Shown here: positions 26,333-36,900 of the stretch, one piece after another
How the letters are laid out: each line of letters opens with the position of its first letter
How positions within the stretch are numbered: the stretch's first letter is position 1
From: Monocercomonoides exilis PA203
Lineage: Eukaryota; Protista; Preaxostyla
Assembly: GCA_001643675.2 (NCBI GenBank)
Contig: LSRY02000001.1
Span: 2,108,001-2,172,000, forward strand
Direction of reading: 5' to 3'
Length of the DNA: 64,000 nucleotides
Translations under genes and position numbers: made by a program
The notes under the pieces: generated by a model
Seen by the model: only the letters and a program-made list of their open reading frames with translations
What the model was told of the DNA's origin: nothing
Database searches by the model: none

Positions 26333-27311
26333 ACTTTTTCACTTATTGGCACTTTTTTTGTTTTTGACTGCCAACTTTCAACAAACGTTGATTGGCTTTT
26401 TTCACTTTTATACAATGTTTTAACAAATTTTTAACAATTCAGTACTTGTTTGTTTTATTATTTTTAGTTTGTTTCTCACTGAGTTATCACGTTTTTTTGT
26501 ATTTTTATAAGTCACTTTTCTCAGCGAATCAGGCAACTCACAAAAAATTGATGAGTTGTTTTGAATAGCATAAACTATAATCTAACTATTTTTAAATTCC
26601 TTTTTTTCAAAAACAATTTTTTCTTGTTTTTTTCACATTTCATTTTTCATAACAACTTGCAAGTTCAAAACTGATTGTTTCTTTGCAAAAATGATGAAAC
26701 AAAAAATATAAAAATTTGATATGAATTTCAAATGCACTGATAAAGAAGTGTTACAAATTACAAAACATTGTTTTTTATTTGTCTGGAAAAGCCAAATGGC
26801 ATTAACCAAAAATGATCTGAGATAACAATTATGATATTTTGATGAGTTCTTGACAAATAGAAAATGTTAGTGTTTTATTTTCTTTCAATACTTTATTATC
26901 AGAGCATTTGTTTTTCATTTCAATTTTTTTTTAATTTTTTTTCATTTCATCATTTTTGCAAAGAAACAATCAGTTTTGAACTTGCAAGTTGTTATGAAAA
27001 ATGAAATGTGAAAAAAACAAGAAAAAATTGTTTTTGAAAAAAAGGAATTTAAAAATAGTTAGATTATAGTTTATGCTATTCAAAACAACTCATCAATTTT
27101 TTGTGAGTTGCCTGATTCGCTGAGAAAAGTGACTTATAAAAATACAAAAAAACGTGATAACTCAGTGAGAAACAAACTAAAAATAATAAAACAAACAAGT
27201 ACTGAATTGTTAAAAATTTGTTAAAACATTGTATAAAAGTGAAAAAAGCCAATCAACGTTTGTTGAAAGTTGTCAGTCAAAAACAAAAAAAGTGCCAATA
27301 AGTGAAAAAGT
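26333..27311. repeat. ~980-bp foldback: two ~367-bp near-perfect inverted arms around a partly symmetric ~245-bp spacer
   Basis: 26333..26699 is the reverse complement of 26945..27311 (one mismatch noticed). Degenerate symmetry extends outward (GGGTCAAC/GTTGACAC) and inward. Confidence 0.93.
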
Positions 27312-27746
27312 GACATCGAAATGTTGACACTATTAAATTTTGGATGAATTATCTGTGAAATTTTTGCAATCAACTGATGAGTGCGGGGTGTTCAGTGCAA
27401 TGAAAGAAAATAATGAAAAGAACATTTTGAATCGTTACCATTTTGAAGACAAATTCCATTTGGCAAATGAACAAATTAACTTGAAGCTTTCGAAAGCGAA
27501 AACAATCAAAAGTCCAAATACTGAAAACATTGCAGAATCAACATACGATGAAGATAATAACATGCACATTTTTTTTTGAGTGCTGTGAAGGAACTTTTCT
27601 GCAAGACGATGTTGAGAAGAGAAAAAAAGAAGAGGAATGCTATTCAAATGAAGTTTGCATTTTTCATTCATTGACAAGATTTAATCTGCAATAAAAAATA
27701 TAGTATTAACAAAAAAATTTTTTGAAATTTCTATTTTTAAAAAAAG

Positions 27747-28419
27747 AATTGTGGACCATCATATCAGAACTTTTGCTGGTGCTTTTTGAATATGTCAAGG
27801 TGGATTTGAATCATGGTAACATTTTCTTGAACAACATTCTTCTGACGCCTGACGGACACGTGAAACTAGGCATGAAATAAAGTTTACCATTTATTTTGTA
27901 TATTCATCACAAATCTGTATGTGAAAACATTTTTGATTTAAACAATCAGGCTTATTTCGAATCAAGAGGCTATCATCTTCATTGGGACGAGCATCTGCTT
28001 CGTCTTCGAGTTCATCGTCATCAGCAGGACATACATTTTCAGGTTCCTTCACTGATCTTCAGCAGCTTGGAATGGTTCTGTTTGAACTGTGCATACTCCG
28101 TCCTCTGACGCATGCTGACAATGATGAGTTGTTTAAACTGTCCGTGCAGTCAAAGCAGTCGAAGCCATCTGTGAAAGGCGTTAGCGATTTCATTGAAAGC
28201 CGTATGAGCTCAGCAGTCGACAAGGAGACAGTCGCACTCACGACTGATTTGCTGAGGATGCCTATGACAATGATGACGGTGAGTGTGAAGATGAAGAAGA
28301 GGATGATGGTGAATGAAGAAAGAATGACAGAGAAAGAAGACATTGTCAGCGTGCTTTCTCGGCCGAGCTTTGCGAAGAGGCAGCAGTTGCGAGTGGGAGA
28401 AGAGCTGAGGGAAATTTAA
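27747..28419 (+). CDS. Degenerate protein kinase-like (pseudokinase) fragment, possibly a pseudogene
   Basis: ELWTIISELLLVL..NHGNIFLNNILLTPDGHVKL|GLF resembles subdomains VIb-VII without HRD/DFG. DLQQLGMVLFELCILRP resembles subdomain IX. Joined by a putative GC-AG intron 27870..27949. N-lobe exons not found. Confidence 0.55.
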
Positions 28420-30966
28420 AGGGAATGCTGTGAATTTTGGGAGAGAGACAGAAGGGAAAAGAAAGAGAAAGAGAAAGAGAATGAGAGAAAGAGAAAGAGA
28501 ATGAGAGAAAGAGAGAGGAAGAGGAGAAAGAGGAGGAGGAAGAGGAAGAGCAGATGAAGAGCAGAAAAAGCATGCAAAGAAGCAGACAAGAAGAGCAGAT
28601 GACGAAGAGGCAAAAAAGAACAAAAAGAAGAATGCAAAGACTGCTTTTTTGATGGGCAGAGAATCAGAATCTGTTTTGTCTTCTTTCTCGTCAAATTCTA
28701 TTAAGTTTCTATCATCGCCAAAGCCATCGCAATCGTTGTTATTATCTTCCTCCTCCTCCTATTCCTCCTCATCTTTATCCTCCTCCTCCTCCTCCTCTTT
28801 TTCTTCTTCTCCTTCTCCTTCATTTTCTTCTTCTTCTTCTTCTTTATTACCATCTTTTTCTTCTTAAAAGTTCTTAACTTTTTCTTCGTCTTCTCCTTCT
28901 CCTTCTCCTTTTTATTCTTCTTCTTCTTCTTCTTCTCTATCATCTGGTTCCAATCAATCAATTTTCTCACAAGTCTTCGAAAATTTTGTTGCAGTTAATA
29001 TTGGCTTAATTGTTTTGATGAGAACTTACATTCATCCTGTTTATCCTTCATCACGTCTTCACTCTTCAGTTGAAGATTTTCTTGTTCCTTTCAAAATTTT
29101 ATTTCGTTTTTCTTCGCTTTTCCACTCAAGCGTTAGCGATGAAAGTTCTTTTCTTTTTCAACTTTTAATAATAACGCAGTGAGTCAGGTTTGCTCCGAGA
29201 TAATGAGTATTGATCACAATTTATGGGAGGTTAAAGTGAGAACTTCGCCCTCCAAAATATGAAGTGGAAAAAAGAGCGAGATGAAAATATAGGCAATGAC
29301 ATTAAAACAATAAAAAGTGTATAATGAATTGTCCGCTTCACTTCATCACAGACTTCGCCTTTTTGCTACGGTCACGAAGACCAGAGGGCAGGGGACATTG
29401 ACCCTCGGAGCTCTCTCCTGCAGGCCGTGCAGGGATCTGGTGAAGCGAGTTCGATCAAAGGAGTAGAAAGAATAACTACTCTCGCTTTCGCGAGGCGTGG
29501 AAAAGAAAACTGCCTGTGCAGTGCTCTGCCTCCTGCTCTTCTGCTGCATCAGCAGAGCAACACCAATCAACACACACACTGCATATTGAGGATCTTGTTG
29601 TCTTCTATGCGAATCATTCACAATCGATATCAGGAGTACTCTCTCGATATGAGCAATTTCTTAATCCCTGTGTATCTGCGTCGTTGTCAGGAAAAGAAAA
29701 ATCTCTTCGAGCGGTTGATCTTTAGTCTTTCCTTCTCTGTCTCGCCATTTTTTCTCGTCATCTCACCCCAAACTTCTGTCTCGCCTTCGCACCCAGCCAC
29801 CTATCGTCTCTCCATCCGCGTTCGTATTATCTCGGAGAAAACGTGTCTCTCTGCGTTCTATCAAAAATCTGAGGTAATTCTCACTGTTCAAAAGATGTTT
29901 GGTCAGAATGAAATCGAGTCAAATGAACACAGAGAATGAATTCAAAGGAGATTTTTCTTCAGATAAATAAATAGAACAGCTCATTTTTCAATATAAAAAA
30001 AAAATTATTTTCTTTAAAATTCCTTGTTTTGAAACATCACATTTTATCTTTCAGATTCCACAAAAAAAGGAAAAAAAAACAATTCTTTGTTCATGAAAAT
30101 TTCAATAACAACAAAGAGATGTCAACAATTCAGTCCCTCCTTTCATGAAGCTGAATTCACATTGTTCTTTTCTTCAACAAAGAAAAAAGAAAGTTGAGAG
30201 AGGAAATTACAAAAGAGGTTCTTGAGCATGAACAATACCTGATCCTCACAGTCAAGAAACAACAAAGCCAACAGATTGAATGAGTTTCTCTTGTTCTGTT
30301 TAATTCTCTTCACAAATAATATGTTTCACAGAACAATGATGTTCATTGGTGGAGGAATTGATTCTTCTGATGCAATCGTTGCAAATGAACAAACTACTAT
30401 ATTTTTCCTTTCTGAGACAAAAATAGAGATATATCTTTTATCGTCTGTTGTGAATGTTGTGATTGCTACAAATAAAGAAAAAATCGCTTGGAAAATTGAA
30501 AAAAACAAATGGAATTGATAATACAAATGGAGGTACACAAAATAGGAAATGAAATAATGAATGTTGATGTTTGCAATGAAAAGAAAAGAAAAGAAAAGAA
30601 TCAACTGAAAAGCCAAATTAGAGATTAATGAAAAATTTCATTTGACAAGATTCACTCAAAATAATTGTGTGGTGGAGATTCAGCGAACACAAAAACATGA
30701 ATATATAAAAACACAACAAACACTGCTCATCCAAAATCTGCATTCAGAATCGGTGAAAGAAAAAACAAAGTGAAACACAACAACCAATGAAAACAATGAA
30801 ACAAAAAAAAAAAAGGTTGATATCAAAAACAAGAAGAAATGTGCTGATGAACAAAAACAAAAAGGGAAGAGAGATCCTCTCTCAGACTGATAAAAGATAA
30901 CATTGAGGCGGCTTTGGAAACAAATACATTTTTCCAACAAAAACACAATTGTCACCAACTCTTCAT

Positions 30967-33900
30967 TCACTTCTCTGTCTTCAAAGTTCCTGTGATATCT
31001 GAAGAATTCACACTCGTCATGTGTTCCCCATCTTCTGTTGTCTCCTCCAGATCAATCGCATCTGACATCGTCAGAATTGCTGCTCCTGCAGGAAATCGCT
31101 GGATGAACTCTCGCTTCAGCCCTGCCAAGCTCAGTCTGTCTTCTGGCTGAGCAGACAGGCAAGCTCGGATGATTTCAAAGAAATTCGACTCCTTCACAGC
31201 TGACATGTTCGGTCGTTCGTGATTCACTATCTTCTGCCCTGCCACCTCACCCTCATACTCATCAAATGGAATCTCCAGTGTCAGACACTCCCACAGCATC
31301 ATCCCAATCGAGAATGCCACTGACTCCTTTGTCGCTCCCATCTTCTTGTTCATCTGCAGCTCTGGTGCTTTCCACCTCAGACACTCTTTTCTTTCTTCAT
31401 CTTCATCATCCTCAAACGCTGATGATGGAGGTGGCGACTTGGTGAATCTCTCGCTCATCACTGAAATATCAGAGGAAGATGTGACCATGGTGGAGCTTGA
31501 AGAGATAGATGAACTGTCAGAGTCTGATGAAAAGTCGGAGTGCAAAACAATACAGATCACCATGTGTTCCGAGAACAGCACAATGTGCGGAGTGAGATTG
31601 GCAAGCGATGACAGAGGATTCTCCATTTCATTGAACGAGTGGAGTGCCAGATTCGCCACCCAGAACAGGATCTGTGCAGCTGTCACCTCCCTCTCCTGCA
31701 GAGTGCCTATTGCCATCTCTTTTGTCTTGTTCCTTCCATGAAGCAGCATGAACAGTGAATCCCTCAAATCCACAATCAGTTTCTCATGGGGAGACGAACA
31801 CGCCATCACATCCACCAGATTCGACATCGACGACGTGGTGGGGCACAGTTCTTCTCCCCGAACAAATGTTGAATCTGAATCTGTTGTTGAAGTGGTGGAA
31901 GTGGATGAAATGGATGGTGATGGTGATCTCTTTCGTATCTCTTCCTCTTCAACCTTCTCCAGCATCCATTCAGGGATCTTGTCTGAATCTCTCCCCAAAA
32001 TATACTCAGTGGAACCACTCTCAGAAAGAAGATGCTCTGACGATTCTGAATGTCCCAAGCTTTTTGCATACACCCTCTTCTTTATCCTCTCTTCATTCTT
32101 CTTCTCTGCTTCCCTCTCTGCTCTCCTCCACTGTTCCTCGGGCGATGGCTCCATTGTCACCATCTCAATCAGCTTCGGATCCTTCCTCACTGTGTCATTC
32201 ACAATCTCTCTCAGATCTTTGTTCTCATTCTTTGCCTTTCTCCATCGAACAGCAAACAAAATAAATCCAATCAGAACAATCAAAAACAAAACAACAAATA
32301 TTATGGCAATTATCACAGCCCATGATGATTTTCCTTCTTTTCCTCCTTCAACAACTTTATCATTTCCAGTCTTTGGTTCTGTTTTGTTCTTCACAATCTG
32401 CGGAGAGGTTGCAGCCAATTGCTTTCCAAACAGAATCATCACTGATACCTCTGCTTCATCTGCAATATTTGATATATTTTCTGATGGGATTCTTCCAATC
32501 ACTTCTGTTTCTGAAACAAAACTGTCTTCCTCAAATGGATATGTTTCAACCAACTCCACATCCCCTGTTTTGAATATCAATCTGAATAACAAGTCACAAG
32601 GAAGAAGAAGTGATCCCTTGAATTTCACAACAACATTGCTGCCATTCTCATTCACTGAAACATCTTCCAGTTTGGGAATGAAAAATGGAGATGACCTTTC
32701 TCCTGCTATCCCTCCAAGTGTGCATCCATCATTCAAAATCCAAAATGAAGAATTTTCTTTCAATCCATCTCCTCCTTTCACGCTAGAAATGGTCAATGAT
32801 GCAGAATCTGAACAAATGATGTTTCGACGAAGAGAGGGATATTTTTCAATGAATGGATTGTTGTTCAAAAACTCCCCTTTCTCAATCGTCACATCACCTG
32901 CAGACACTGACAATCCACCTTGTGAAGCATTCGAAACAATCACATCCTTCATCATCAATGAAGAATTCGCTGAGTGAACAAGCGATCCATTCCATTTGCA
33001 AATTTCTTCAAAATTATTATTTCTCTCACTCTCACTCTCTTTTGAAAGAATTCCTTCAAATTCACACATTTGCAACGAAACATCTTTTGCATTGCTTATC
33101 TCCATAATGCTTCCTTTAACAGAGAGAGAATCACAGTTTGAACAGGAACAATTTGAAAGAATTATTTGAGCTGGAGTTGAAGAAGCAGTGATAACAGAAG
33201 CTCCTTTTGAATTCCTCGAACAGTTGTCGAATGAGGAGATTCCAATTGAAATTGAACTCGAAGACGAATCGTTTATCGCAATGACACAACCTTCAGACAA
33301 TTTCACTCCATCTGCAGACACTCCATTAAATACAACACTTCCACATTGTTCAATCTCAAACACATCTGTTGTCGATTCAATTTGTTCCAGTTTCACATTT
33401 GTAATATTTATCTCATCTCCATTTAACAAAAACGAAGGCTTCTGGAATGAAAGCATTGATATTGAGCAGTTATCAACATGAAGAATTCCATTTGCAATGC
33501 TCAACAATGTTGAATTGAGAACAATAGATTCAATGCTTTCTGATTGGCCAACAGATGAAAAATCAACAAATGAAAGAGAAAGCTGTCCACTTGCCTCGTG
33601 AATGATTGAACTGCCTGAATATGAAAATAACTGACCAAAGTTGAATTTCAATCTCTCAATCCGAACATTCTCTGAGGTTGTGATAATACTGCCCTCGTTG
33701 GTTATTGTTGAGTTCAGGTACACCAAAGCAGATGAGGGAGATTGAAGCGAGCGGATGGTCACATCAAGAACATCACACTTCCCAACAATTTCTGTTTGCT
33801 CCAAGATCAGCAGCTGTGAATACAGTGATGGAATGATGTGCTGCACTCCAAAGCTCAATGAGTGGCATGGTGTGTCCAATTCTCCACATTGCTTGCTGTC

Positions 33901-36900
33901 TGCGCGATTCTCTGCAACTGATGATACAAATATCGTCTCGCTCTGGTATCTCATAACCCTCAGCAGCAGATCCTCTTCCCCCGCAAACGAGTCTGTTGTG
34001 CATCCCCATATTGCCTTGTCTTTCACAAACGGTGCTCTGAAATCCAGCAAGAATTGCTCATCAACAATTTGTGTCTCGATTGAGTGGCATCGAATATACA
34101 CATCGCTCCCTCTCAATGCAGAGTTGTCTCGGAACGTGATATTCGACAGCACAAACTTCAGAGGCTTCTCATCCATTGAGGTGCATTCAAGAAACAGCCA
34201 CCCACCTCTTCCTGCGGTCGAGCAGAAGCACTCAGAAATCTTGCAAAATGAGCACTCAAAACTTCCTCCCTCATTCAACTCACAAAACATCCCTCCTCCC
34301 TTTCCACACTTCAACCCTCCGCATCTCTTCATCGTTGTGTTCCGAACCACCATTTTCAATGGCTCATCATTCTCATTTCGAATGATCGAGATGTTTTCTG
34401 TTGTGTCTTGGGTGACTTCTTCAAACAAACTCCACTCAATATTAATGTTTTGTTCTCCTTCATTGCTCCCTCTCTTCTCTCCAGCTGATCCCTTTGATAT
34501 CCTCAATCCACTTGCTCCTTCAAGCTCAATATTCTTCATCGTCAGGTTTTTCGCATTCAGCACCGTTGTTGACAACACAGAAATAACATCCTGCGAAAAG
34601 CTCAACAATTGCATCGTCACCAATTCCAGCACAACTGTCCCTCCATCTGCTTTGATCAGCCCATGATCTGTCAATTCTTCTCTCTCATCTCCTTTTTTGG
34701 TGAATGAGCAGTCTTTCACAGTCAACAATCCCTCGCTTGATCCAACATGCATCAAAACATCCACTCCACTTGCGAATGAAGATGGAAGCACAAACTTGAT
34801 CAGTTCCAAATTGGAAATGCCACAAATCTTCATTGCTGCTTCTTCTGCTCCTTCAAGCGATGAGACACATTCCAATGAGCACATGCTGCTCTCATCCGAT
34901 TTCACTGATATTCCACTCGCATCAACACTCTTCCGAAGATACCCTTTTCCAATGATGCTGACATTCCTTTCATTTCCTTCTGGCAATCGATCCAATGAAT
35001 AATCCATCGACAGACACGGATAATCTGAGAATCCACACACACACACATCACAACCTTCGCTCCCAATAAATATCTCTGATCCAATTGCTCGCCAGAAATT
35101 GACCAGCGGAATGGCATTCGTTGTGTCACTCCCATCAAAGCCTCTCATAGAATCCAACGAAATATCTGCCAGATGCCCAGTCACATATGGAAGAGAGGTG
35201 TTTGTGATGCTCTTTGTCAAGTTTGGCGATTCAACAAACAGGTCATTTCCATGTCTGGCAACATTCGGCTTGTCTGCCTCAAAAACAGGGGATGAGATCA
35301 CAAATGAAGAAAAGCCATCAATCAGCTTCAGTGCCATCCCTCCTCCAAACCCAATCTTCCGTTCTTCTGCTGGTGCTGTGCATCCTGTGAATGTGCATGA
35401 AATAACATTCATTTGAATGCTCCCTTTCAACTGACCATCAATGGCTCCTCCTCTGCTTTCATCAGTGAGCACAGAACATCCATCAAAAACACACTCTTCA
35501 ATATTTATTTCTGCATTTGTATTTTCATCATTGCTGTTGTCAATGCTTACACACCCTCCACTTCCAGCTGCTCTTTCTATTTCTGTGAAATTGCTGTTCG
35601 TCATGTTCAACCACAGTGTGCTCATCAACTCGGTATTTGTTCCACTTCCAGACAATGAAATCAGCGGATTTCCACTCAAAGTGATTGATGAAGCTGAGAA
35701 TTTGTCGATTATCAGGATCCCTGACCCAACAGACAAGAACAGAATTGTCAATTCTGATGATGGATTTTGAAGAGAAAGCGAACATTGAGACAGAGTTATT
35801 GATGATGATGAGGATGAAATGAAAGTGGAGTGAAGAGGCAGGGAAGATGGAAGAGAAAAGATGAGTTTTGATAATTCTGTTTCAACACTGGCTGAAATCA
35901 TCGCTGAATTGGATGTCTCACTTGAATCAGAGACTGTCCAACCACTTTCCCCATCTTTTCCTCGGATTTCATGTTTCTGTTCACCAAATGCCAATTCATC
36001 GCTCATCATAATCATTCCATTCACAACAATTTTCTTTGTTCCTGTTTGTCTTGTGAGGGAGTGCTTCATTGTCAAACAAGGGAATTGGACAATTCCACAG
36101 CGCGAATGATTGGATGCCTCAGAATTGCTCACATATATTTCTTCTGGGGTGGGGAGGAGATAGATGCACAGAGGAATAGCCAAACTCGTGTCTCCATTGT
36201 CATATCCTCTCACTTTCTCAAGAGAATCCAAAGAGGCTTCCACGCATGTGATGTTTTCTGATTTTGCTGTTTCTTCCAGATTGGGTGAAATGACAAAGAT
36301 GTCTCTTCCCCATTTGGCTGTGTTTGTTCCAAATGAAGAGGAGATCAGGAAATTGGGATTTTCAGTCGACAATCGAAGAAGGATTCCTCCCCCAAATCCA
36401 TATGTTGCTGAGCAATAGCACCCATCAAAAGATCCGTCTTTCACTTTCACTTCATTTCCATTCCCAACGCACAGCATCATCGATCCCCCATCAGCTGATG
36501 TTCTGCTTCCACATCCTTCAAAAGTGCAACAATTCACATCAATATTTGCCTTGTCATTCGAAAACGATATCACTGCTGCTCCGCTCGTTGTTCTCTCAAT
36601 CCCATCCAAGGCACACTCTGAAAGTGTCAATGAAATCTCATTTGTCGAAGAAAGCGAAAACAGCGAATTTGTGGAAATCGTCTTTGCCCAGTTCACATGT
36701 TCCATCTGAAACATCCCATTCTGAATGTTTAACAGTTCTGTCGAAAAAGCTGTTTCTGCTGATTGTCCGCTCCCAAAAGATATGTTCAGTTTGCTGACGC
36801 TCATTCCTCCTGCTCCACTTATCTCAAACAGCCTTGACCCACGGTTATTCGGATGAGCCGAGTCATGCACAAGAACAAAGTCTCTGGCAGTCAATGTGCC

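Noticed and set aside
29340-30520. GC-richer patch with a 170-aa ORF and short neighbours
   Set aside because: No recognisable domain or consistent exon structure.
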